Below, piece after piece: positions 18,018 through 27,308 of a DNA stretch of 64,000 nt. Location of the stretch: positions 4,562-68,561 of IMG/VR virus record IMGVR_UViG_3300008451_000421; one strand, written 5' to 3'. Below the pieces are notes generated by a model that did no database searches, had not been told where the DNA came from, and saw only the letters and a list, made by a program, of their open reading frames with translations. Source of the DNA: a virus. Position 1 is the first letter of the stretch; each line of letters begins with the position of its first letter. A program made the position numbers and the translations under genes.

Positions 18018-18445
18018 TTCAGGCTCTCCAGCAGGCGGGCGTCCATCTCGATCACCCGGGCGCAGGAGTCCGCGGCGGCCAGCGGGCGCAGCAGCACGCC
18101 GATCCGACGCTCGGCCGCAGCGGTGGCAGCCCGGGCGGTGATCAGGGACTTCTCGGACTCGACCAGTGCGGCCTTGCTGTCGGCGGCCAGGCGGTCAATG
18201 GCGTCGCTCTGACGGTCCAGCGAGCCGCTGCACGTCGCGAGATTGGTCGTCAGTTGCGTGTTGCGGGCCAGATAGCCGGTGCCGGGCGTGTAGACCTGGT
18301 CGTACAGCCCGGCCCGAGCATGTTCGGTGCGAGCGTGGTCGATCTTCTCGGCAACCAGGGCGCTGCCCAGTGCAATGGCCACGGCGCACGCGGCGATCGT
18401 GCCGAGTTGCCAGGCGCGGGCTTCGAGCCATGCGATCATGCCCAT
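18014..18445 (-). CDS. i-spanin
   Basis: N-terminal TM segment plus periplasmic coiled coil, after the endolysin. Confidence 0.75.
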   Translation of the reverse strand: MGMIAWLEARAWQLGTIAACAVAIALGSALVAEKIDHARTEHARAGLYDQVYTPGTGYLARNTQLTTNLATCSGSLDRQSDAIDRLAADSKAALVESEKSLITARAATAAAERRIGVLLRPLAAADSCARVIEMDARLLESLK

Positions 18446-19068
18446 TCCCCAGCGGCCAGAGCGTCTTGGAATACGAGCGCAAAGCCCGCGATGTCATCGG
18501 CTCGATCGCTGCCGTTGACGATCTTCCGCGCCGGCCGGAACTGCCCGATGGTCGCCTTGCTGGCGATCGGCAGATAGTCGGCGAGCTTTCGGCCGGTGAA
18601 CCAGCCGAACTGCATCCCGCGCACCATAATCTTGGCCGCGATGTCCGGCCGCATCGCGAGATCCGGGTTGCGCAGCAGCGCGCCACCAAGCCCCAGTTGG
18701 GTGTCGGCCTTGGCGTAGTTTGTTCGGCCGGTCAGTTGAGGGTAGCCTCGGCCGGCGAACAGCACACCGTCGCCAGGCTGGGTGTTGCCGAGCGCTGCGG
18801 CGACCTTGGGGCGGGTGCCGGTGATGTCGTACATCCGCCGGAAGTACGCCTCGCCGCCCATCTCCTTGATCGGGAGCATGGTATGCGCAGTTTCTAAATA
18901 TGCTGTAGCCAGGCCGTAGGCGGCGAAGGCGATCGGCCAGTCGGCTTCGGCGAACGCGCCGGTCAGGGCATTGAGGCCGGTCACCTCATCGGTGCTGAGC
19001 GTCGGGCCCAGCAGGTCGTTGCGGCGCAGGAAGTCGAAGAACTTCGGGGCGGCGTTCAGCTTCGACAT
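18436..19068 (-). CDS. Endolysin, glycoside hydrolase family 19-like
   Basis: AYGLATAYLETAHTMLPIKE..GDGVLFAGRGYPQLTGRTNY..ARKIVNG. Confidence 0.85.
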   Translation of the reverse strand: MSKLNAAPKFFDFLRRNDLLGPTLSTDEVTGLNALTGAFAEADWPIAFAAYGLATAYLETAHTMLPIKEMGGEAYFRRMYDITGTRPKVAAALGNTQPGDGVLFAGRGYPQLTGRTNYAKADTQLGLGGALLRNPDLAMRPDIAAKIMVRGMQFGWFTGRKLADYLPIASKATIGQFRPARKIVNGSDRADDIAGFALVFQDALAAGEWA

Positions 19069-19445
19069 CAAACGGAGTCCTTGGATTCGCCGCTGTCGAT
19101 GATCACCGATCCGGGGCCGGCCTTGACCTCCATGCGGCTGGGACGCCCGACGAGCTGCACCCACAGGGCGACACCAAGCATGATGGAGAGGGCAATGCCG
19201 ATCATGCCGACATAGGTGGCCCGGGTGTCTTCGGAGGCGTTCGTCCAGAAGCCGAACTTGATGCCCCAAGACAGGATCGCGACCACGGCCGACACCATCA
19301 GCGAGATGGCCGGTCCAGCGAGGTTGCGCATGATGTTGGTGAGGGCGCTGTCTCGTGAGACGGCTTTGATGGCCTCAGGGGTGCCCGGGCCCGAGACGGC
19401 AGCGGAAAGCGACGCCAGTGTGTCGGTCAGCTTTTCCGGCTGCAT
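19068..19445 (-). CDS. Holin
   Basis: Two TM helices; immediately upstream of the endolysin. Confidence 0.65.
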   Translation of the reverse strand: MQPEKLTDTLASLSAAVSGPGTPEAIKAVSRDSALTNIMRNLAGPAISLMVSAVVAILSWGIKFGFWTNASEDTRATYVGMIGIALSIMLGVALWVQLVGRPSRMEVKAGPGSVIIDSGESKDSV

Positions 19446-19513
19446 GGTGAACCCCGGGTTTCAACCTAGTGGTGAAGCGCTACCACGAAGTTGAGCCCGG
19501 GGCTAGAGCGAAG

Positions 19514-19840
19514 TCAGAGTTCTTCCGGCGGGGAGATGGCGGCAGGTTCGGCGGTCAGCGCCATCAGGCGCTCTTTCTCGGCCGCAAAGAACGTGCCGAC
19601 GTCGCGGACAACCGACACGACGTGGCCGAGTTGTTGCTTGGCCATGCCGTCAGCGAGCTTGTCCTGGAACAGATTGACGGCCACCAGCAAATCGTGGGTC
19701 TCGGTGCTGGTCAGGCGCTCGATGATGTCGCCGTAAAGCGGCACCAGAAGCGCGGCGGCCTGGCGTTCGAGGATAGCCTTCTGCGCGAGCAGTTCGGCCA
19801 TCTGGGTGTCCACGTCGTGGAGCGTGAGGGTCTTCGGCAT
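19514..19840 (-). CDS. Hypothetical protein
   Basis: AAAGGA RBS; codon bias. Confidence 0.6.
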   Translation of the reverse strand: MPKTLTLHDVDTQMAELLAQKAILERQAAALLVPLYGDIIERLTSTETHDLLVAVNLFQDKLADGMAKQQLGHVVSVVRDVGTFFAAEKERLMALTAEPAAISPPEEL

Positions 19841-19850
19841 GGGGGTCCTT

Positions 19851-20156
19851 TCAGGGGAAGGTCAGAAGAACGGGGAAGCTGCCGGCGACCAGGGCGGCAC
19901 CCACGGCAGCGCCGGCCAACGGCCCTGCGACCAGGAAGATGGCTGTGGCGGGCTTCTTGGGGTCGAAGGTGGTCGGGTTGCGCAGGCCGCGCTCGTACTC
20001 GATCTTGAGGCGGTCGGGCCGCTCGGGCGTGCCGGGCTTAACCCACATGTCAGGCGTGTCGCCAGCGACAACGGGCGGCCGGGTGGGCGTGTCGGCCGCA
20101 TGGGCTGCGCCGGCAGTCAGCATCAGCGCTGCGGCAAGGATCAGGATCTTACGCAT
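19851..20156 (-). CDS. Exported or membrane hypothetical protein
   Basis: Signal peptide MRKILILAAALMLTAGAAHA; C-terminal TM segment. Confidence 0.6.
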   Translation of the reverse strand: MRKILILAAALMLTAGAAHAADTPTRPPVVAGDTPDMWVKPGTPERPDRLKIEYERGLRNPTTFDPKKPATAIFLVAGPLAGAAVGAALVAGSFPVLLTFP

Positions 20157-20406
20157 CTTGGGGCTCCGAGGTTATCTCTTGAACGGGGGTGTTTTCCCCC
20201 TGCACCGAGACACTGACACCTTCTTTCACAACAATCAACATATTGTTGAAATCAACCTTCAAGGTTGCCGTGTCGAGGAAGCCGATGTCGTCCATGACGA
20301 AGACCCGCTCGCCGCCGGCCGCCTGGATGTACGCGCCGCGAAGCGACGCTGCAAAGCCGCTGCGCAGGATCTCACCGAGGCTGTCGCATACGAGGAATCG
20401 GATCAC
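20149..20406 (-). CDS. Hypothetical protein (tail-fiber associated)
   Basis: Coupled to the fiber gene; contains an operator box at 20235-20249. Confidence 0.5.
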   Translation of the reverse strand: MIRFLVCDSLGEILRSGFAASLRGAYIQAAGGERVFVMDDIGFLDTATLKVDFNNMLIVVKEGVSVSVQGENTPVQEITSEPQDA

Positions 20407-23400
20407 CGCTTGATCTCCGTGGCCATGAGGTAGTTGTAAAGCGTCTCGACAGCACCGCCGCCGCTGGCGACGCGGTTCAGACGCACCTGGTAGGTGTGGG
20501 TTCCCGGGCCAGGGTAGTCCGTCAACGGGAGCGTCATAGGTACAGGTTGGCCCGCCGTCGAGATCGTCACATTGGAGCCCAAGGCCGAGCCACTGGTCAC
20601 GAGCCCACTGCCGTCTGCATAGGTCGAAAAACCGCCGGCCATCTGGAAGATCATGTTGCCGTCGCGGTAGACCCGCACGTCATACCTGGCCCCACCGCCG
20701 CCGTTTGATTTCGCCGTGACGTTGGCCAGCAGTTCGACCCGGCCGCCCGACGTCTCGATCGAGACCGTGTTCAGGGTCTGCTCGCCGGCCGTGTTGATGT
20801 TGCTGTTCAGCGACGACGAGACGCTGACGCTGTTGGTCACCGCGTTGTTCTGGATCTTGTCGGTCGTGACAGCCAGGCCGTTCAGCTTCAGCGTCGTGAC
20901 AGCCAGGTCGCCGATGTTGGCCGACTGGGCGACCACGTCGTTGAGCACCAGCTTGCCGAGCGCGGCGTCATAGACGAACGGGAACTTGGTGGCCGACTCG
21001 TCAGCGGCAACCACGGCGAAGGTGTCGGCCCGCAGCTTGATAGCCGAGATCGGCGTGCCGGCCTCGCCCATGCTCGACACCAGATAGATGCCGGTGATCA
21101 CGCCAGCCGCGTTGGCCTCGACCATGTAGCGCGAGTAGGACTTGCCGGTCAGGTCCGCCAGCACGCCGCCCTGGGTGGTGAGCGAGGCGGTGTTGTCGTT
21201 GACCGTGGCTTGTAGGTTCGTGTTCGTCGTCGCCTGCGCGGCGTTGATCGTCGCCTGGGTGGCCGCGTTGGCGGCGATCGTGGCGTTCGCGCTGGCGACG
21301 CCCGCCTTGGCCTGAGCGCCGTCGATCTCAGCTTGCGACGCCGGCCGGATGCCGGAACGGAACCAGTTGATGGTCTTGGCCGCCCGGGTGCCCAGTCCGT
21401 CCCAGTTACTCATCGTGTAGAACGTGACGGTTTCGGCGACCGGGTAGTAGACCAGCTTCCGCCAGCGTCGAATCCCCAACCCACCGGCACCCTGGTAGCC
21501 GCTGAGGTCGGCGTCGGAGGTGAAGTTCAAGGCCATGAAGTTGGAGCTTGGGCCGCTCACCAACATGCCGCCGCCCTGCGAAGATCCGGCTTCAATCCAG
21601 ACGTCGGCCTCGAACACGTACCAGCCCGAAGTCAGGTAGATGGCGCGCGAGATGCCTTGGTTGACGCCTGCTCCGACAACCACGCGATAGGCGTTCGACC
21701 CGGCCTCACCGGTCGCCCTGGTGCCGATCCCACCGTCCGCCCAGTCCGACCACGATGCCGGGATGCCCGGGCTTGTCGGGTAGTTGGCGAACATCGGATT
21801 GGGGTTCAGCGTTCCGCCGCCGATGCTGGCCGACAGGGTCGCACTGGAGGACGCTGCCGCCGCGCTTGCCGAGGCTGCGGCTGCACTGGACGACGCCGAG
21901 GTGGCGGCCGTCGTGGCGTTGCCGGCAGAGACCGTGGCGGTGTTGGCGGACGTGGTCGCCGAGGTCGCGCTGATGTTGGCCTGGTTGGCACTGGACGACG
22001 CCTCGCCGGCCTTGGTCGTTGCGACAGACGCCGAGGTGGCGGCTGCCGAGGCGCTGCCGGCCGAGGCCACCTGACTCGTGACGTCCTCGAAGGTCGTCCC
22101 GCCCAACTGGAACACGGCGTTGGCGATGCTCGAGCCTGTCCCGTTATCCCAGTTGACGTGGAACCGGGGCCGGGCCCAAGACGACGGGTCCGTGATCGTC
22201 ACGTCCGCCGACAGCGTTTGCCATTCGCTCAGCGGCCACGAGTTGCCGTCGAAGCCGGTGCTGGGATCGCTCGTATAGATGCCCGAAGTCGACTTCCGGC
22301 CCAGCCCGACCCAGATGTAGGCCGGCCTGCCGTTTGTCGTGTTCTGGATCCGGCGGGCCCGCAGCGTGACCCGATAGGTGCGCCCGACGATCGGCGCGAA
22401 CGACGCGGTCGGTGCCACGACTCGCGTGACCCCGGCGACGCTGGACCAAACCGGAGTCCCGTCGCCCAGGATGCTGAAGTCGCTGCTGGCCAGAGTCGCC
22501 GTGAGGTTCAGAGCGTCATACTCATCCGACCACTGTTTCGTGTCGCGGAACTGAGTCGGGAAGATCCCCTGTACCGATTGCAGCGCGGCGGCCTGATAGT
22601 TCGAGGCCAACACCGCCTGGCTCGCCGCCGTCGAGGCCGACCCTGCGGCATTGGTGGCCGAGGTGCTGGCATTGGTGGCCGAGGTGCTGGCGTTGCTCGC
22701 CGACGTCGCAGCCTGGGTCGCAGCCGTGTTCGCCGCCGAGGCGTTGCTGCCGGCCGCCGTGTTGGACGCCGCCGCCGAACTGGCCGACGTCGCCGCTGCC
22801 GAGGCGTTGGCGATGGCCGTGTCCCGGGCAGCTTCAGCGGCCACGCGAGCGGTGTTGGCCGCCGAGGCGTTGCTGCCGGCCAAAGAACTCGACGACGCTG
22901 CCGAGGTGGCCGACGTCGCCGCAGCACCCGCGCTCGTCGCAGCTTCAGACGCCTTCGTGCTGGCGGTGTTGGCGAACCCGGACGCCGAGGTGGCCGATGT
23001 GCCGGCCTCGGTCGCCTTGGTCGTCGCGGTCGAGGCCGACCCGGCTGCCGAGGTGGCGCTGTTGGCCGCAGCCGTCGCGCTGCTGGCCGCAAGGTTCTTG
23101 GCGTCCACCGCAAGGCCACGGGCGGCATCCGCAGCGGTGTAGGCGCTCTGGGCCTGGTTGCGGGCCGTCTCGGCAGCCGCCTGCGCCGCCTGGGCCGCAT
23201 CCCGGGCAGCGTTGGCCGAGGCGATGGCTGCCGAGAGGTCGGCGGCATCTTGACCAGTTGCGGCCAAGGCTGACGCCGCGTCGGCGAGCGCCTGGTCGAC
23301 TTGCGCCAGCAGCGTGACCGCCGTTCGGGTGCCGACCGCCACGGCGTTGTCTGACACGAACGCACCGGTCGTCACGGGGCTCGGCAGCACCGATCGCCAG

Positions 23401-25976
23401 CCACCGAGCGGCTGGTTGCCGACCTCGTAGGCGACCTCGAACAGGTAGTCGGTCAGGGCGGCCAGCGGGGCGATGGCGACGCGCACCTGCACGCCCGCCC
23501 GCAGATCGACGGTGGGGTGGAAGGTGTAGTCGCTGGAGCCGCTCTTGCGGTAGCGGATCACCAGTCCGGTCGCGTCGGCGTTGTCAGGTGTGCCCACGAT
23601 CAGCACGGTAGGCGTCGAGGCTCCGCTGGCGCTGCTCACCGCCGTCCCGGTCGCCGTGAAGACGCCCGCGCCCGGCGCACTGGTCGTCGGAGGCGGCGTG
23701 GTGGCGGCCGGCGGCGAGGGCGGCAGCGCGGCGGCCGGGTTGTTGGCGAGGCCCGTGACCTGCACCGAGTGGCCTTGCAGCGACCACAGCCCGTCGCGAC
23801 GCGAGCGGACCAGCACGGTGATCGACGAGTAGCGGTCGAAGTTGGTCTTCGGCAGGACCAGCGAGGTCTCAGTCCAGAGCGAGCCCTGCTCATAGACCAG
23901 CGTGCCGGACTGGTTGTAGATCGAGACGACCGTCTCCTGGCCGTACTCGGGCGAGACCGACCCGGCATCCCAGCGGACGACCTGGCCGTCCTCCAGCAGG
24001 CGGTTGCGCGTGCCCCAGGTGATCGTGACGTTGGTCGAGCCACCGATGGCGATGCTGCCGAACGCCTGCCCGTTGACCTTGACGTTGCCGGGGCGCAGCG
24101 GCAGGTGCGGCCGGGCCGTCATGGTGCCGGTGATGACCGGGGCGTCGGCCTGCGGCAGGATGCCCAGCGAGGTGCGCGACAGCAGCTTGTAGTCGGGCGA
24201 CTCGCCGACAGCCCGGATGTCCTGATCGTCGGTGATCCGAGCGCCGCTGTTGACGAACCACAGCGGAGTCCCCGCCGGCCATGCGCGCGGGATGGTGTCG
24301 AGCACGCCCCGGGCCAGCGTCCAGTCGAGCCCGTCGTAGGAGTCGACCAGTGCCACTTCCATCTCGGCTTCGGTGCCGTCGCCGATGAACACGAACCCGC
24401 CGACCTGCGGCCCGATCAGCACCCCGGCCACGTCCTCGCCCGGCAGGACAGTGGTCGCGCCGACCACCATGCTGTTCGACAGCGTGACGCGATCGAGCGC
24501 GGTCTTGGTCCCGATCGACTGGTAGCCGATGTCCCCGTTGGCGAGCGTCTGTTCGCTCAGCAGCTCGTAGGTGGGCGTGTCGTAGCCGGTCTGGTGCGCG
24601 AGCACGGCCGCGGCGACTTCGGGATATTCCAAGTCCAGCGTGCCGGCCTGCAGATCGGTCGAGGTGACGAAAAACTGCGGCAGCGTGATGACCTTGGTGT
24701 GGGCCATCGGTGCCGGCGTCTCGCCCGGCCGCACCCAGTTCGTGTCGGGCTGCGTGGGCGTGGTCGGCTTCTCCAGCGAGAAGACGTCCTCCATCAGCGT
24801 CGCTTTGATGGTCGGGTCGCCGATCTTGCCGTAGTCGACCGTGCCGACGCGCATGACCAGGTCGTAGAGTTCGTATTCCGGCCAGGTGACCTTGACCACC
24901 TCGCCGGGCAGCAGGTCCCAAGCGGTGCGGTTGAGTTCGACTTCCATCGTCGCCAGCGGGGCCGACGACACGCGCAGATCCCGGGCAGCCAGGCGCGAGG
25001 CAAGCTCGCTGTTGCGGACGCCATAGTAGTTGCGGCTGTCCGGCACCGGGGCACCCTGGGCAGACACGGCCGCCAGGTTCTGGAGGGTGACGGTCTCTTC
25101 CTGCTCGTTGACCGGGTTGGTCCAGGTGACGGCGATCTCGTTGATCGTCTCGCCCCACATCTTCCGCTGGAAGTTCGACAGGTCAGCGTTGTCGGGGTTC
25201 ATCACCCGCAGGTCGGCCGGGTCGTAGTCGTCGCGGATCAGCTTCAGCGTATAGAGGCCGGTGCGCGGGTTGATGTAGAAGTTGGCTTGGATGTGGTCGA
25301 TGATCTCGCCGATGAAGTCCTCGACCTTGGCCTGCTTGGTCCAGATCATCGAGAGGCCGAACGACTCCTCGTACAGGATGTCGCCACAGGCCGAGAAGGA
25401 TGCGCCGTCGATCAGCGACGACGACAGGCCCAGCCCCCAGTCGGTGTTGGTCAGGCACTCGAAGATCATGTGCGCCGGGTTGGCGTCGGTGCCGATCATC
25501 GCCTTGGTCGGGTCGAGGCCCTTGGGCGATCGGCGAACGGTTGCCCACAGCGACTGCGCGATGATCGGGTTGTTCGACGACCACAGGAAACCTTGGCCAC
25601 CATAGCCCGACGCCGGGTCGAAGGCGTTGTAGTCGGTCGTCGCGCCGTGGAAGAACACCGAGGCGATCCCACGGTAGGCCGGGCAGGTTGCCGTGGTGCG
25701 CCCCATCTTGGACGCCAGGTGCTCGGGCATGACCTGGGTGGATCCGCCCGGCAGGAAGTGTGCCGTGCCGGCAACGCCACCTTCCTTCTTCGCCCCACCG
25801 AACAGGTCGGGGTTGTAGATCGGGATCGCAGTCTCGGTCGCCGCCGAGCCCTCCCACATGATCTTCTCGTTGACGGTCAGCGCCGTGAGCGCGTCAATGG
25901 GGCCGCACGCGATGCCGAAGTGCAGCGACATGTAGTAGTTGGTGACTTCGACCTTGGCGGACTTTGACTTACCCAT
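20403..25976 (-). CDS. Central tail fiber / tip attachment protein with Ala/Ser-rich stalk and carbohydrate-binding domains
   Basis: N-terminal YYMSLHFGIACGPID..NPDLFGGAKKEGG, ANPAHMIFECLTN, RGVLDT tail-tip motifs; AATSA repeats; 1857 aa. Confidence 0.85.
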   Translation of the reverse strand: MGKSKSAKVEVTNYYMSLHFGIACGPIDALTALTVNEKIMWEGSAATETAIPIYNPDLFGGAKKEGGVAGTAHFLPGGSTQVMPEHLASKMGRTTATCPAYRGIASVFFHGATTDYNAFDPASGYGGQGFLWSSNNPIIAQSLWATVRRSPKGLDPTKAMIGTDANPAHMIFECLTNTDWGLGLSSSLIDGASFSACGDILYEESFGLSMIWTKQAKVEDFIGEIIDHIQANFYINPRTGLYTLKLIRDDYDPADLRVMNPDNADLSNFQRKMWGETINEIAVTWTNPVNEQEETVTLQNLAAVSAQGAPVPDSRNYYGVRNSELASRLAARDLRVSSAPLATMEVELNRTAWDLLPGEVVKVTWPEYELYDLVMRVGTVDYGKIGDPTIKATLMEDVFSLEKPTTPTQPDTNWVRPGETPAPMAHTKVITLPQFFVTSTDLQAGTLDLEYPEVAAAVLAHQTGYDTPTYELLSEQTLANGDIGYQSIGTKTALDRVTLSNSMVVGATTVLPGEDVAGVLIGPQVGGFVFIGDGTEAEMEVALVDSYDGLDWTLARGVLDTIPRAWPAGTPLWFVNSGARITDDQDIRAVGESPDYKLLSRTSLGILPQADAPVITGTMTARPHLPLRPGNVKVNGQAFGSIAIGGSTNVTITWGTRNRLLEDGQVVRWDAGSVSPEYGQETVVSIYNQSGTLVYEQGSLWTETSLVLPKTNFDRYSSITVLVRSRRDGLWSLQGHSVQVTGLANNPAAALPPSPPAATTPPPTTSAPGAGVFTATGTAVSSASGASTPTVLIVGTPDNADATGLVIRYRKSGSSDYTFHPTVDLRAGVQVRVAIAPLAALTDYLFEVAYEVGNQPLGGWRSVLPSPVTTGAFVSDNAVAVGTRTAVTLLAQVDQALADAASALAATGQDAADLSAAIASANAARDAAQAAQAAAETARNQAQSAYTAADAARGLAVDAKNLAASSATAAANSATSAAGSASTATTKATEAGTSATSASGFANTASTKASEAATSAGAAATSATSAASSSSLAGSNASAANTARVAAEAARDTAIANASAAATSASSAAASNTAAGSNASAANTAATQAATSASNASTSATNASTSATNAAGSASTAASQAVLASNYQAAALQSVQGIFPTQFRDTKQWSDEYDALNLTATLASSDFSILGDGTPVWSSVAGVTRVVAPTASFAPIVGRTYRVTLRARRIQNTTNGRPAYIWVGLGRKSTSGIYTSDPSTGFDGNSWPLSEWQTLSADVTITDPSSWARPRFHVNWDNGTGSSIANAVFQLGGTTFEDVTSQVASAGSASAAATSASVATTKAGEASSSANQANISATSATTSANTATVSAGNATTAATSASSSAAAASASAAAASSSATLSASIGGGTLNPNPMFANYPTSPGIPASWSDWADGGIGTRATGEAGSNAYRVVVGAGVNQGISRAIYLTSGWYVFEADVWIEAGSSQGGGMLVSGPSSNFMALNFTSDADLSGYQGAGGLGIRRWRKLVYYPVAETVTFYTMSNWDGLGTRAAKTINWFRSGIRPASQAEIDGAQAKAGVASANATIAANAATQATINAAQATTNTNLQATVNDNTASLTTQGGVLADLTGKSYSRYMVEANAAGVITGIYLVSSMGEAGTPISAIKLRADTFAVVAADESATKFPFVYDAALGKLVLNDVVAQSANIGDLAVTTLKLNGLAVTTDKIQNNAVTNSVSVSSSLNSNINTAGEQTLNTVSIETSGGRVELLANVTAKSNGGGGARYDVRVYRDGNMIFQMAGGFSTYADGSGLVTSGSALGSNVTISTAGQPVPMTLPLTDYPGPGTHTYQVRLNRVASGGGAVETLYNYLMATEIKR

Positions 25977-26172
25977 CAGAGCTTCGCCCTTTGATCTTGC
26001 TGACGACCTCTAGGGCCAGTTGATCGCCGGTCTCCAGAAGCGCAGATGCCGGGATGCCGGCTTCAATGAACTTGCGGAAGTCGAGGTTGTGGGCCTCGAA
26101 CCAGCGACGAATACCTTTGACGCAATGGCCGGTCTTGCGGATGTCGTCGATCGTGACGATCAGTTCTTCCAT
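25969..26172 (-). CDS. Tail assembly protein
   Basis: IVTIDDIR..HCVKGIRRWFEAHNLDFRKF, conserved in this tail type. Confidence 0.7.
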   Translation of the reverse strand: MEELIVTIDDIRKTGHCVKGIRRWFEAHNLDFRKFIEAGIPASALLETGDQLALEVVSKIKGRSSDG

Positions 26173-26402
26173 CACGCACGAGCCTGGTAGGTGAACATCG
26201 TCTGGTCGCCATACCACATGACGTTCACCTCTTTGACCGTGACCGTGCCGAACACGACAGGTACGGGCTTGCCGGCGTCGGCGGTCGGGACCTCGGACTG
26301 CTTCGCCGCCTCAGGCTTGGCCTGCTTCGGTTTGGGCATGATGAGGTAGGCGACGATGTTGATCGCCAGACTGATCAGCAGCGGTACGAGCCAAGCGACC
26401 AT
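26172..26402 (-). CDS. Tail assembly protein
   Basis: PTADAGKPVPVVFGTV..NVMWYGD. Confidence 0.75.
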   Translation of the reverse strand: MVAWLVPLLISLAINIVAYLIMPKPKQAKPEAAKQSEVPTADAGKPVPVVFGTVTVKEVNVMWYGDQTMFTYQARA

Positions 26403-26450
26403 TTCACGTCCCTGTTGCGGTTACGACCTAGTGGTGAACACGGGGCCGCG

Positions 26451-27305
26451 TCAATAGTAGGTGTTCTTGATCCCGATCGGGTTCTTGGTCGGGATCCACG
26501 GCTGGCCCCCGAAATTCTGGATGTTGTTGTGCAGGGCCACGCAGTCGTCCTCGAGTCCCGCCTCGTGATTGCAGCCCAGGATCACGTTGGCGGACATGCC
26601 CGGCTGCAGACCCTTGGGTGCGCTGTCGAGCAGCAGTTGGTTGGAGTCGAGCCCCTTGATCTTCAGGATGCTGCGAGCCTCTTTCAGGCCGTCGAGGGTC
26701 GTCCATTCCACCAGCCCGAAGACGTACTTGGGCTTCAGCGCGTCGGCCGCCCAGGTGGTCGACAGCGTGATGGTGGCCCCGTTGACCGCGAGCACCGTCT
26801 TCGCCACCGTGGCGGCGGCCTTGCTGGCCTTGCACTGGGGCCCGTAAAGGGCGTGCGGGCAGCCGAGCATGTAGTGCCGGCGCAGGATGGCGCGGCGCAT
26901 GGACGTGGCCACCGACTCGACCGTGTAGATCGCCTCGTTGCGCTGACGCTTGTGGCCGAGCACCCGGCCGGTCCAGGTCACGAGGAACTGGCTGTCCGGG
27001 TCTCCGATGTGACCCTGCTTCACAACCAGGGTGACCACCTGAGACGGCGGCGTCAGGCGGAACAGCTCGGCAAGGTCCGCGTTCTGCGGCGTGCGAACCT
27101 CGATCGACTGGCGGTCGAGCGTGCCTGATGAACGCACCGCGCCCATGGTGATGGGGAGCGGCACATAGAGCTTGCCGGCGTTCGTGATCGGCACCTCGGC
27201 ATCGGTGTAGCCGAAGAACTTGTCGGACGCCTCGCCGTACTGGAAGTGGTAGAGGGCTACCGGTTCACCCTTCGTCCGGCTCTCTTCGATCGCGGCGAAA
27301 GTCAT
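26451..27305 (-). CDS. Tail hub protein, BR0599/DUF2163 family
   Basis: CPHALYGPQC...GCNH..DC...NNIQNFGGQPWIP. Confidence 0.85.
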   Translation of the reverse strand: MTFAAIEESRTKGEPVALYHFQYGEASDKFFGYTDAEVPITNAGKLYVPLPITMGAVRSSGTLDRQSIEVRTPQNADLAELFRLTPPSQVVTLVVKQGHIGDPDSQFLVTWTGRVLGHKRQRNEAIYTVESVATSMRRAILRRHYMLGCPHALYGPQCKASKAAATVAKTVLAVNGATITLSTTWAADALKPKYVFGLVEWTTLDGLKEARSILKIKGLDSNQLLLDSAPKGLQPGMSANVILGCNHEAGLEDDCVALHNNIQNFGGQPWIPTKNPIGIKNTYY

Positions 27306-27308
27306 GGG

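Noticed and set aside
21333-25967. Long antisense ORFs (21333-23273 +, 23517-25967 +; also 40181-46127 +, 6737-8566 -, 61626-63368 -)
   Set aside because: Shadow ORFs typical of high-GC coding DNA, opposite well-supported genes, with no recognisable motifs.
2892-25976. Diversity-generating retroelement acting on the fiber genes
   Set aside because: No reverse transcriptase ORF and no template/variable repeat pair noticed.
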